DNA of 64,000 bases from Lachnospiraceae bacterium (GTDB lineage Bacteria; Bacillota; Clostridia; Lachnospirales; Lachnospiraceae), in the NCBI GenBank assembly GCA_017619295.1, contig JAFZSQ010000079.1, positions 13,107 through 77,106 on the forward strand, in the 5' to 3' direction. Below, piece after piece: positions 9,903 through 19,304 of this stretch; the stretch's first letter is position 1, and every line of letters begins with the position of its first letter. The notes under the pieces are model-generated. The model did not search any database. It had not been told where the DNA came from and saw only the letters and a list, made by a program, of their open reading frames with translations. The position numbers and the translations under genes are program-made.

Positions 9903-11372
9903 CTAAAAGTGCAGGTTCTTGTGCTTTCCGTATCTTTTTCTTCTGCGTCTTCTTCTTTTTGGACTTCTGGGATTATCGAAATTATAACTTCTGATAACCG
10001 CTATAACAAATAGAAGAAGTATTGCAAAAAACGCAACTGCTACAACTCCGATAATAATCACTTTAACGTTGAGGAATACTATTTGCTCCGGTTCTTCTTG
10101 AGGAGCTTCGATGGCAGGACCGTTTTGAGGATCGTTCATTTCTCCGCCAAACTTATATCCCACGGTTTCCTCATTTAGAAGAATTCCGGCTTTACCCACG
10201 TAGTTTCCGTTGTAGGTATAGTTAAGAGTTGCCACAGTTCCCGGTTCCGGATTGTCGTAGGACAAAGTGGATACGGCGTCATTAAAGGAAGCCGTCTTGG
10301 GGATAACTATGGAAGAATCGGTATCAAGGCCTATCATTGCGGCTGATGAACCGAAGATGTCGTTGTTACTGAAGAAGAAAGAATCATCACTTATCTTGTA
10401 TCTTTCTTCGTTCTCGTAAATGTTGATCTTCTGGAAGTTACCGAAGCCGTAGTTGAACAAATCAACTGTATCGGTAAACTGACAGGGAGACTCCTCTTTA
10501 AGGATTACACAGATAAGGCGCATTCCGTCTTTCTCTGCGCAGGATACAAGGGTCTGTCTGGCATCATCGGTGAAACCGGTTTTGCTTCCTACCAGGTATT
10601 CGTAAGCATATTTTCTTCCCGCATATAAATCATTCTTGGACCAGGCCACGATATCATCGGGCTGAGTTGAAGTGGCGGGAATATGAAGCTTGGACATTGA
10701 TGCGTATTTGCAGAGAAGTTCGTTAGCAAAAAACGGAACAGCCATCAAAGCCATATCATAAGCAGTTGTATAGTGATTCTCATCGTGAAGACCGTTGGGA
10801 GTAACAAAATGTGTATCCTTGCACCCAAGCTCCTCGGCTCTCTGGTTCATGAGATCAACGAATCCTTCAATGGAACCGCCGCAGTGCTCCGCAAGAGCGT
10901 TGGCAACCTCGTTGGCCGAAGCAATAAGAATAGCCTGAAGACACTGGTCAACACTTATCTGCTCGCCCACATCGATAGCGATATTGGAACTGTTTCTGGG
11001 AATACTGAAAACGGCCTCTCTCGAGAAAGATACGCTGTCACCAAGGTTTGCCATTTCAACGGCAATCTGTGTAGTCATAATCTTGGTGGTACTTGCAGGG
11101 TAGAGCTTCTCGTGAATGTTCTTGGCATAGAGGATAGTTCCGCTGTCAGCTTCCATAAGGATTGCGGCTTCCGCCCCGATGGCAGGTCCCTTTGGCCAGT
11201 TTTCTATTGAGTTTGTATCGATGGGAAGCTCCTTACGAAGCTCTGCTGCCTCCTCAAATTCATTGGTGGCATGAACCGTCATTGGAAAAACCGCAGACGC
11301 TCCTAAAAGTAAAGCAATTCCACCGGATAGTAATCTGATTGAAAATTTAACGTGTTTCATTTTTAGCACCAT
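9903..11372 (-). CDS. D-alanyl-D-alanine carboxypeptidase (PBP5/DacB-like, S11 family)
   Basis: Signal sequence, then the SxxK (STTK), SxN (SAN) and KTG motifs. C-terminal TM helix and a poly-Arg tail. Confidence 0.88.
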   Translation of the reverse strand: MVLKMKHVKFSIRLLSGGIALLLGASAVFPMTVHATNEFEEAAELRKELPIDTNSIENWPKGPAIGAEAAILMEADSGTILYAKNIHEKLYPASTTKIMTTQIAVEMANLGDSVSFSREAVFSIPRNSSNIAIDVGEQISVDQCLQAILIASANEVANALAEHCGGSIEGFVDLMNQRAEELGCKDTHFVTPNGLHDENHYTTAYDMALMAVPFFANELLCKYASMSKLHIPATSTQPDDIVAWSKNDLYAGRKYAYEYLVGSKTGFTDDARQTLVSCAEKDGMRLICVILKEESPCQFTDTVDLFNYGFGNFQKINIYENEERYKISDDSFFFSNNDIFGSSAAMIGLDTDSSIVIPKTASFNDAVSTLSYDNPEPGTVATLNYTYNGNYVGKAGILLNEETVGYKFGGEMNDPQNGPAIEAPQEEPEQIVFLNVKVIIIGVVAVAFFAILLLFVIAVIRSYNFDNPRSPKRRRRRRKRYGKHKNLHF

Positions 11373-11461
11373 GTTCCAATTATACCACCAAAACTTTACA
11401 TTTACCCTAAAAAGGTGTATATTTCATATGATTTTTTGAGATGAGACAATGAGGATAATTA

Positions 11462-12106
11462 ATGAGATTAAGAAATATTAAAGGTTCCAGGGAGGTTATT
11501 TCGGAGAGCCCCTACGCTTTTACCGAAGATGTGGAAACAAAGGGGAAATGGGGAGAAATTTTTGGTAACAACAATCCTATAAGAATTGAGATAGGAATGG
11601 GAAAAGGCAGATTTATCTACACTTTGGCCCAGAATAATCCTGAAATCAATTACGTGGGAATAGAGAAGTACTCAAGTGTACTTTTAAGAGCAATCCAGAA
11701 GATGGAGGAGAATCCTCTTCCTAACCTTAGATTCATAAGGATGGATGCGGAAAACATTACAGAGAAGTTTACAGAGGGGGAAGTGGACAGGATTTATCTT
11801 AACTTTTCGGATCCCTGGCCCAAGGACAGACACGCAAAGAGACGTCTTCCCTCAGCTGAATTCTTAAAGAGATACGATTACATATTAAAGCCCGAAGGAA
11901 TAATAGAGTTCAAGACGGATAACAGGGATTTGTTTGATTTTGCAATTGAGCAACTTCCCATAGCAAATTGGGTGGCGGATACAGTTACATACGATTTACA
12001 TGCAGACGCATTGCTGATGGAAGGAAACGTTATGACCGAGTATGAGGAAAAGTTTTCATCCGTTGGAAATCCCATTTGCAAGTATATTATTCACAGAGAC
12101 AGATAG
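11462..12106 (+). CDS. trmB: tRNA (guanine46-N7)-methyltransferase
   Basis: 214 aa with typical TrmB sequence (EIGMGKGRF, NFSDPWPKDRHAKRR). Confidence 0.92.
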   Translation: MRLRNIKGSREVISESPYAFTEDVETKGKWGEIFGNNNPIRIEIGMGKGRFIYTLAQNNPEINYVGIEKYSSVLLRAIQKMEENPLPNLRFIRMDAENITEKFTEGEVDRIYLNFSDPWPKDRHAKRRLPSAEFLKRYDYILKPEGIIEFKTDNRDLFDFAIEQLPIANWVADTVTYDLHADALLMEGNVMTEYEEKFSSVGNPICKYIIHRDR

Positions 12107-12116
12107 GAGGAGAAAC

Positions 12117-12647
12117 ATGTTTGTTTTACTTCTTTTATTATGGATAATCTATAACGGGCAGTTTACGGTTGAAATTCTATTGTTCGGAATAGCTTTTTCC
12201 GGACTCATATTTGCATTCATGTGTAAGTTCATGGGTTACAGCATAAAGAAGGACCTTGCTTATGCTTCCATGATTCCCCTTATACTTGAATACATCCTTG
12301 TCTTATTTATAGAAATAGTCAAAGCAAATATCGCAGTGGTTCCTTTTATGCTTACGAAGAAGAAGCAGGAACCTGTCCTTATTTTTTACCAGACTAAGCT
12401 TAAAACCAAAACAGCAAGAGTTGTGCTGGCCAACTCCATCACATTAACTCCCGGTACCATTACCGTGAGCTGCGAGGAGGACCAGTACATTATTCACTGT
12501 CTGAACGCCGATATGTTTGAAGGCGCAGAGGACGGTATTTTCGTGCGCCTTCTTACCAAAATGGAAGATAAGGCTTTAAAGGCAGCAGGCATAGTGATAC
12601 CTGAGAAAGAGGAAAAGGAGGGACCATATCATGAGCAGAGTTATTGA
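12117..12647 (+). CDS. mrpE: Mrp/Mnh antiporter subunit E-like
   Basis: ATG 12117 follows AGGAGG. The product starts MFVLLLLLWIIYNG... and has the MnhE pattern ITLTPGT. The track's upstream extension overlaps trmB. Confidence 0.8.
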   Translation: MFVLLLLLWIIYNGQFTVEILLFGIAFSGLIFAFMCKFMGYSIKKDLAYASMIPLILEYILVLFIEIVKANIAVVPFMLTKKKQEPVLIFYQTKLKTKTARVVLANSITLTPGTITVSCEEDQYIIHCLNADMFEGAEDGIFVRLLTKMEDKALKAAGIVIPEKEEKEGPYHEQSY

Positions 12648-12954
12648 GTTAATCGGCGATGTGAGCACTCCTTATCTTGTTTTGTTTAAAAGTGTGCTCA
12701 TACTTCTGGGATTATTCTTAATATTTTGCCTTGTAAGAGCAATTTTAGGACCCCGTCCCGCCGACAGACTTCTGGCGGTTAACATGATGGGTTCCATCAC
12801 AATGGTAATAATCGCAACCTTATCCCTTTTACTGGGAGAAGGTTACCTTCTTGATATATGCCTTATCTATGCAGCCATGAGTTTCCTTGCGGTTGTTATT
12901 TTCACAAAGGTTTACATTGGAGTATATAAGGAAGAAAAGGAGGAGGAGAAATAA
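12631..12954 (+). CDS. mrpF: Mrp/Mnh antiporter subunit F-like
   Basis: 107 aa with 3 TM helices and the MrpF-type motif RAILGPRPADRLLAVN. Confidence 0.8.
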   Translation: MSRVIELIGDVSTPYLVLFKSVLILLGLFLIFCLVRAILGPRPADRLLAVNMMGSITMVIIATLSLLLGEGYLLDICLIYAAMSFLAVVIFTKVYIGVYKEEKEEEK

Positions 12955-13283
12955 TGACAGGTTTGGAACTTATTCGATTCATCCTTGGATGTGTTTTTCT
13001 CGGCATCGGTATTATCACCTATGCCATTGAAATCATCGGTGTGTTTAAACAGAAAGTCGCATTAAACAGAATGCATGCCGCAGGAATGGGAGATACCTTA
13101 GGCCTTTCTTCTTCACTTATCGGATTAATGATTTTGTCGGGGTTAAATCTTAACACGGTAAAAATGATTTTTATAATAGTTTTCCTTTGGTTTACTTCTC
13201 CTGTGTGCACACACCTTCTTGCACAGCTTGAGGTAACTACCGATGAGGAATTTGACAGCTATTGTGAGGACAAAACCAAATGA
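12954..13283 (+). CDS. mrpG: Mrp/Mnh antiporter subunit G-like
   Basis: 109 aa with 3 TM helices (RMHAAGMGDTLG, FTSPVCTHLLA). Confidence 0.8.
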   Translation: MTGLELIRFILGCVFLGIGIITYAIEIIGVFKQKVALNRMHAAGMGDTLGLSSSLIGLMILSGLNLNTVKMIFIIVFLWFTSPVCTHLLAQLEVTTDEEFDSYCEDKTK

Positions 13284-13546
13284 CATTATTCCAGATTATA
13301 CTTTTGATTTTCCTTGTTATATGTGCGGTATCCGTCAGCTTTTCAAAGAACCTCGTGCGTTCCATTATGGAATTCATGGCGTTCTCTTTAATAATGTCCA
13401 TAATCTGGCTCACCCTTGAGTCACCGGATCTTGGAATTACCGAGGCTGCCGTTGGTGCCGGAGTTACCAGTATTCTTTTCTTTGTAACGCTCAAAAAGAT
13501 TCACGCTATCAGGGAGGGTAACAAGAATGAAGAAGCTGACAAATAA
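13280..13546 (+). CDS. MbhD/DUF4040-like small membrane subunit (equivalent to the MrpA C-terminal / MrpB-like segment)
   Basis: 88 aa with the ESPDLGITEAAVGAGVTSILF signature. Confidence 0.75.
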   Translation: MTLFQIILLIFLVICAVSVSFSKNLVRSIMEFMAFSLIMSIIWLTLESPDLGITEAAVGAGVTSILFFVTLKKIHAIREGNKNEEADK

Positions 13547-14468
13547 GCTCCTTGATTGGTTGAATGCCGAAGACCAGTCGGTATTCGATGATGCAATGGA
13601 ATTAAAAATGCAGGAGCCCAAAGAGGAAAAAGAAGAAACAGTACAGCAGAGGATGAGAGACCGACTGCACATCAAAGATGAGGTGTACAGTGAGGGCGAG
13701 TCCAAAGAGGTAAAGGTTTTGAGAATCATCTACAGAATCCTTGCCATAATCCTTTGCGGTTTTATCGCATACAACCTTCTTATTGCGGTTTCATGGCTTC
13801 CCAGAACAGGAGAGTTCGACAAGCCTGTAAATAACGAGGTCAGCGCAAGATATATCGAAAAGGGACTTCAGGAAACCGGTGCGGTAAATATCGTAACGGG
13901 AATGATTCTGGATTACCGTGCTTTTGATACCTTCGGTGAATCAAACGTACTTAACATTGCAACCATTACGGTTCTCATTTTGTTAAGAAGAAACAAAAAG
14001 AAACTTCCAAACGAGATAGAGGAGAAGGAAAACGACAGACTTCTTGAGCCCAAGAACGACGTAATCCTTCAGAAGGCAGCCACATTCCTTGTACCTGCCA
14101 TTTTCCTTTTTGGAATTTATGTAATACTCAACGGACATCTTTCACCCGGAGGGGGATTCTCAGGAGGTGCCATCATCGGAGCAGGCCTGATTCTGTATGT
14201 TTCAGCCTTTGGATTTGAGAAGACAGAGAAGTTTTTCACAGAGAAAACCCAGAAGGTCATTTCTCTTTCAGCCCTTCTGTTCTATTGTCTTGCCAAAAGC
14301 TACTCCTTCTTCACCGGTGCTAACGAGTTAGAAAGCCACATACCTCTCGGTAAAGCGGGAGCCATTCTTTCAAGCGGACTGATCCTTCCTCTCAACATCT
14401 GTGTAGGATTGGTTGTTGCCGTAACAATGTACACATTCTATTGCATGTTCAGGAAAGGAGAATTCTGA
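13527..14468 (+). CDS. MnhB-domain membrane subunit with a charged N-terminal extension
   Basis: MnhB motifs GAVNIVTGMILDYRAFDTFGE and GHLSPGGGFSGGAI. The first ~70 aa are acidic/basic and non-hydrophobic. Confidence 0.78.
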   Translation: MKKLTNKLLDWLNAEDQSVFDDAMELKMQEPKEEKEETVQQRMRDRLHIKDEVYSEGESKEVKVLRIIYRILAIILCGFIAYNLLIAVSWLPRTGEFDKPVNNEVSARYIEKGLQETGAVNIVTGMILDYRAFDTFGESNVLNIATITVLILLRRNKKKLPNEIEEKENDRLLEPKNDVILQKAATFLVPAIFLFGIYVILNGHLSPGGGFSGGAIIGAGLILYVSAFGFEKTEKFFTEKTQKVISLSALLFYCLAKSYSFFTGANELESHIPLGKAGAILSSGLILPLNICVGLVVAVTMYTFYCMFRKGEF

Positions 14469-14842
14469 TGGGTCCGAATTTATGGGCAAATTTCGGTGAA
14501 GCCGTTTCAATGATTCTTTTCTGTATAGGCTTCGCGAATCTTTTGTTACACAAGAACTTAATAAAGAAAATAATCGGTCTTAATATCATGGACTCCTCCA
14601 TATATCTTTTCCTTGCACTTAAGGGATATATCAATGGACATACGGTACCCATTGTTGTGGACGGAGTGCAAAGCGTGGACGCTTACATAAACCCCATCCC
14701 CAGCGGCCTGGTTCTTACAGGTATCGTTGTGTCGGTTTCTGTAACTGCTCTTATGCTGTCTCTGACAATTCGTCTGTACAGAAGATATCAGACTCTGGAT
14801 CTCGATGAGATCAGTAAGAGACTTAAGAAGGAGGGACTGTAA
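14468..14842 (+). CDS. mrpC: Mrp subunit C / NuoK-like
   Basis: ATG 14468 overlaps the upstream TGA (TGATG). 124 aa, 3 TM helices, NuoK-like. Confidence 0.8.
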   Translation: MGPNLWANFGEAVSMILFCIGFANLLLHKNLIKKIIGLNIMDSSIYLFLALKGYINGHTVPIVVDGVQSVDAYINPIPSGLVLTGIVVSVSVTALMLSLTIRLYRRYQTLDLDEISKRLKKEGL

Positions 14843-16332
14843 TGGATTTTATCTGCAACTTTCCCTTCTTCTCCATAATGATTTCCATGTTTTCGGGAAT
14901 CGTTTCATCGGTTTTAGGAAGAAAAGCGGCCAAGTGGTTAAACCTTATATCCATCTGGGTTATCTGGTTCCTTTCGGCTGTGCTTCTTTACTATATCTTC
15001 GGAACCGGAGAAATAATCGTCTACAAGATGGGACATTTCCCCGCACCCTGGGGTAACGAAATAAGAGCCGGACTTCTTGAAGCGGGACTGGCATTGTTCT
15101 TCTGCTCAATTATGCTTCTTTCCATGACCGGCGGAAGAAAGAAACTCATGGGTGAGGTAGTAGAGGAAAAACACAATCTCTACTATATTCTTGTGGACTT
15201 GATGCTTGCATCCTTGCTTGCACTTATTTACACCAACGACCTTTTCACCGCCTACGTATTTGTTGAAATCAACACCATCTCCGCCTGCGGACTTATTATG
15301 ATTCGTCAGAACGGAAGAACCATTGAGGCGGCAGTTCGATATATGATCATGAGCCTTTTAGGTTCCGGTCTTTTACTCATGGGAATTTGTATGCTTTATG
15401 ACATTACGGGCCATCTTCTTATGAGTAACATCAGAGATGCTGTAAGCAGCATCTACAGTGCAGGCACATATCCCGTGCCTCTTACCGTAACCATCATTCT
15501 TCTTACCTGTGGCCTTGCCATGAAGAGCGCCCTGTTCCCCTTCCATACGTGGGTGGCGGATGCCTACGGTTATTCCACAGTTTCAAGTGCTGCCATTTTG
15601 TCATCACTTGTAAGTAAGGGATACATTATCCTTCTTATCAAAATCATTTACAGAGTAATAGGCTTTGAAGTATACAGAGCTTCACATATTATCGATGTTG
15701 TTTTCGTATTCGGTCTTGCGGGAATGATTATGGGTTCCCTGTCAGCCATAAGAGAAAACGATATTCGAAGAATGATAGCCTACTCATCCGTAGCTCAGAT
15801 CGGATATATTTACATGGGCATCGGCCTTGGAACAAGATATGCAATGATTGCCAGCATATTCCATATCCTTTCCCATGCGGCTACCAAGTCCATGCTCTTT
15901 ATCGGAGCCATCGGACTTACAGATGTTTCAAAGGGCAGCAGGCATTTTGCCGAGTTAACCGGAAGCGGATACAGACATAGAATCGCAGGAATTACCTTTG
16001 CGGTGGGATCCTTATCCATGGTTGGTATTCCTCTGTTCTCCGGATTTATAAGTAAGCTTTTATTTGCTCAGGCAGCAGTACTTAACACCCGAAAGATGCT
16101 GCCGGCACTTATAGTTTTGGCAATCAGTACAATCCTTAACGCTATATATTTCATGAAGACGGTTATTCGAATCTACACTCCCACAGAGGAAGAGGGTGAG
16201 ACCATAACCATGAAGCAGGAAAAAGTCTATGCTCTTACCTGCATATGCTTTATCGGTCTTAACATCTTCATTGGAATGTGCTCACAGCCTATAGTTGACT
16301 GGATAGGCGCAGGCATAGACATGTTTGCGTAA
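14842..16332 (+). CDS. MrpD/NuoN-like antiporter-like subunit, paralogue 1
   Basis: 496 aa, polytopic, with the Proton_antipo_M pattern (KSALFPFHTWVADAY, SSVAQIGY). Confidence 0.85.
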   Translation: MDFICNFPFFSIMISMFSGIVSSVLGRKAAKWLNLISIWVIWFLSAVLLYYIFGTGEIIVYKMGHFPAPWGNEIRAGLLEAGLALFFCSIMLLSMTGGRKKLMGEVVEEKHNLYYILVDLMLASLLALIYTNDLFTAYVFVEINTISACGLIMIRQNGRTIEAAVRYMIMSLLGSGLLLMGICMLYDITGHLLMSNIRDAVSSIYSAGTYPVPLTVTIILLTCGLAMKSALFPFHTWVADAYGYSTVSSAAILSSLVSKGYIILLIKIIYRVIGFEVYRASHIIDVVFVFGLAGMIMGSLSAIRENDIRRMIAYSSVAQIGYIYMGIGLGTRYAMIASIFHILSHAATKSMLFIGAIGLTDVSKGSRHFAELTGSGYRHRIAGITFAVGSLSMVGIPLFSGFISKLLFAQAAVLNTRKMLPALIVLAISTILNAIYFMKTVIRIYTPTEEEGETITMKQEKVYALTCICFIGLNIFIGMCSQPIVDWIGAGIDMFA

Positions 16333-16349
16333 GTGAAAGGGATAAAAAA

Positions 16350-17813
16350 ATGACAGAAGCCTTTATTTTGATTCCGGTGGTTCTCCCTGTTGTGGCAGGA
16401 CTGATTCTGGAAATCATGAGAAAGCTTAATAAGAAAATTATGAACATCTCCGTGGCAGCAGTACTTGCCATAGAGGCTGTTTTGGTGTTTATAAATATAG
16501 GCAAAATCGGAACGGAAGTTAAACTCTTTGAGCTTACCGCCAACCTTCCCATATACTTTAAGGTTGATAACCTAGGAATCATGTTTGCACTGCTTATGGT
16601 TATAATCTGGCTCCTGGCGGGAATCTTCTCCTTCGAATATATGAAACACGAAGACAATGAGAGGAGATACCAGGGATTTTACCTGATGGTTCTGGGAGTT
16701 CTCATCGGACTTGATTTCGCAGGAAACCTTGTTACCTTCTACATGTTCTACGAGATGATGACCCTTACGGCCTTTCCTCTTGTCATTCACACAGGCAAGA
16801 AGGAAGCAACCATGGCGGGCCTTAAATACCTTTATTATTCACTGGGCGGCGCTTACTTTGCACTTTTTGGATTTTACTTCGTATTTAAGTATGCCGATTC
16901 CCTGACTTTCACAGCAGGAGGCGTGGGAATAAATGCTGCGGGCCACGAGACACTTCTTCTTGTATGCGCCCTGTTTATGATTATCGGATTCGGTGTTAAA
17001 GCCGGTATGTTCCCCTTGCACGCATGGCTTACTTCAGCTCACCCTGTAGCTCCTGCCCCTGCGTCTGCAGTTCTTTCGGGAATCATTGTTAAGACCGGAA
17101 TCCTTGGAACCATAAGAGTAATCTACTACATCTTCGGAACAGAATTCATAAGAGGAACCTTTGTCCAGACTGTATGGATGAGCCTGGCACTTCTTACTGT
17201 GCTTATGGGTTCCACCATGGCTTTCAAAGAGAAACTTTTGAAAAAACGCCTGGCCTACTCTACAGTCAGCCAGATTTCATATATCATGTTTGGACTTTCC
17301 CTTCTTAATGAAAATGCTTTTGAGGGTTCACTCCTTCACGTATTGATGCACGGTTTCACCAAGTGCGGTTTGTTCCTTGCAGCGGGCGCAATCATTTATA
17401 AGACAGGAAAGACCAAAGTCGACGAGCTTAGAGGAATCGGCAAGGAGATGCCCATTGTTATCTGGTGCTTTACCCTTTTATCCATTACCCTTATCGGTAT
17501 TCCACCTACGGGCGGACTTGTCAGCAAATGGTATCTTTGCATGGGAGCGTTAAAGAGCGGCATTGCGGTGTTTGATATTTTGGGCCCCGTGATTCTTATT
17601 GTCAGCGCCCTTCTTACCGCAGGATATTTACTTCCCATAACCATCCAAGGGTTCTTCCCCGGGGATGATTATGATTACACGAAGCTTGAAAACAAAGAAC
17701 CGGCGAAGACCATGACTATACCTTTGATAATACTGACAGCGGGAGCAATCGGTGTCGGTCTGTTTTCAACGCCGATAATTTCTTACATAGAGACCATCTT
17801 GGCCACATTCTGA
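16350..17813 (+). CDS. MrpD/NuoM-like antiporter-like subunit, paralogue 2
   Basis: 487 aa (KAGMFPLHAWLTSAHPVAPAPASAVLSG, STVSQISY). Confidence 0.85.
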   Translation: MTEAFILIPVVLPVVAGLILEIMRKLNKKIMNISVAAVLAIEAVLVFINIGKIGTEVKLFELTANLPIYFKVDNLGIMFALLMVIIWLLAGIFSFEYMKHEDNERRYQGFYLMVLGVLIGLDFAGNLVTFYMFYEMMTLTAFPLVIHTGKKEATMAGLKYLYYSLGGAYFALFGFYFVFKYADSLTFTAGGVGINAAGHETLLLVCALFMIIGFGVKAGMFPLHAWLTSAHPVAPAPASAVLSGIIVKTGILGTIRVIYYIFGTEFIRGTFVQTVWMSLALLTVLMGSTMAFKEKLLKKRLAYSTVSQISYIMFGLSLLNENAFEGSLLHVLMHGFTKCGLFLAAGAIIYKTGKTKVDELRGIGKEMPIVIWCFTLLSITLIGIPPTGGLVSKWYLCMGALKSGIAVFDILGPVILIVSALLTAGYLLPITIQGFFPGDDYDYTKLENKEPAKTMTIPLIILTAGAIGVGLFSTPIISYIETILATF

Positions 17814-17828
17814 CAGGGAGGAAAATAA

Positions 17829-19304
17829 ATGAATTCTTACGTATTACTTATAGCGATTTTTCTCCCGATTCTGGGAGGCATATTGACGGGAATAATTCCC
17901 TTCAAGGGAAGAACCACAAGAAACATCTTTGTTGAGACAGTGGTAATTCTTACTTCCATAGTGATGTGGACCATTATCATAAATAAGCCCCAGGGGTCCT
18001 TCGAGGTATTGAAGTTTACGGGAGATCTGGTTTTCGCCTTTAAGATGGATGGCCTCGGAATGATTTTCGCCGGACTTATATCTGCCCTTTGGCCTCTTGC
18101 CACTCTTTATTCCTTTGAATATATGGAGAAAGAGGAGAGGGAAGGAACCTTCTTCATGTTTTACACCATCACTTACGGTGTAACCCTTGGAATTTCCCTT
18201 TCCGGAAACCTGATGACCATGTATCTCTTCTATGAGATGCTTACAATCGTTACGGTTCCTTTGGTACTCCATACCCTTACAAGAGAAGCGATTCTGGCAT
18301 CAAGAACCTACCTTTACTATTCCCTTGGCGGAGCGGCCTTCGGTTTTATCGGATTCATATTCGTATTGGTTTACGGCACAAGCCTTGATTTTGTATACGG
18401 TGGTGTACTTGATCCCGGAAAGATCGGAGACAGAGGAAACGTGCTTTTGCTTATCTATGTTCTTGCCTTCCTCGGCTTTGGTGTAAAGGCAGCAATCTGT
18501 CCCTTCAACAAATGGCTTCCTCAGGCCGGTGTTGCGCCCACGCCTGTAACAGCACTTCTTCATGCGGTAGCTGTTGTTAAAAGCGGCGCCTTCGCCATTA
18601 TGAGAATAACCTACTATAGCTTCGGTCCTGATTTCTTAAGGGGGACCTGGGCTCAGTACACGGTTATGGCCATCGCCATATTTACAATTATTTACGGAAG
18701 CGCCAGAGCTCTTAAGGAAACTCATTTTAAGAGAAGACTTGCGTATTCAACCATCGGTAATTTGTCATACATCCTTTTTGGAGTAACCATCATGACACCC
18801 TTGGGACTTTTTGGTGCACTGTGCCACATGGTTTTCCATGCGGTTATGAAGATAGCATCCTTCTTCTGTGCCGGCGCGGTTATTTCCAAAACGGAAAGAA
18901 CCTACGTATTCGAGTTAAACGGTCTTGGAAAGCATATGCCCATGACCTTTGGAATATTTACAATTTCGGGTCTTGCCCTTATGGGTGTTCCCGGACTTTG
19001 CGGATTTGTAAGTAAGTGGTATCTTGCTGAAGCAGCAGTTTCAAGCGAGAATGTACTGGCTTACGTTGGAATCGGAGCTTTACTTATTTCCGCAATCCTT
19101 ACAGCGGTTTACACAATGACCATTTCGGTAAGAGCCTTCTTCCCCGGAAAGGACTTTGACGATTCCGTTAACTTGGGAGTTAAAGAAGCGGGAGTAAGAA
19201 TGCTTTTGCCTCTTTGCATTTTTGCTGTATGCATCATTGTATTCGGTGTTTATTCGAAACCATTAACTGATTTACTTTTGTCTGTTGCCATGGGAGGAAT
19301 GTGA
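17829..19304 (+). CDS. MrpD/NuoM-like antiporter-like subunit, paralogue 3
   Basis: 491 aa (KAAICPFNKWLPQAGVAPTPVTALLHA, STIGNLSY). Confidence 0.85.
   Translation: MNSYVLLIAIFLPILGGILTGIIPFKGRTTRNIFVETVVILTSIVMWTIIINKPQGSFEVLKFTGDLVFAFKMDGLGMIFAGLISALWPLATLYSFEYMEKEEREGTFFMFYTITYGVTLGISLSGNLMTMYLFYEMLTIVTVPLVLHTLTREAILASRTYLYYSLGGAAFGFIGFIFVLVYGTSLDFVYGGVLDPGKIGDRGNVLLLIYVLAFLGFGVKAAICPFNKWLPQAGVAPTPVTALLHAVAVVKSGAFAIMRITYYSFGPDFLRGTWAQYTVMAIAIFTIIYGSARALKETHFKRRLAYSTIGNLSYILFGVTIMTPLGLFGALCHMVFHAVMKIASFFCAGAVISKTERTYVFELNGLGKHMPMTFGIFTISGLALMGVPGLCGFVSKWYLAEAAVSSENVLAYVGIGALLISAILTAVYTMTISVRAFFPGKDFDDSVNLGVKEAGVRMLLPLCIFAVCIIVFGVYSKPLTDLLLSVAMGGM

Noticed and set aside
12042-12116. N-terminal extension of the mrpE ORF in the track.
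   Set aside because: It overlaps the trmB 3' end in another frame. ATG 12117 has a perfect AGGAGG RBS and gives the hydrophobic MrpE N-terminus.
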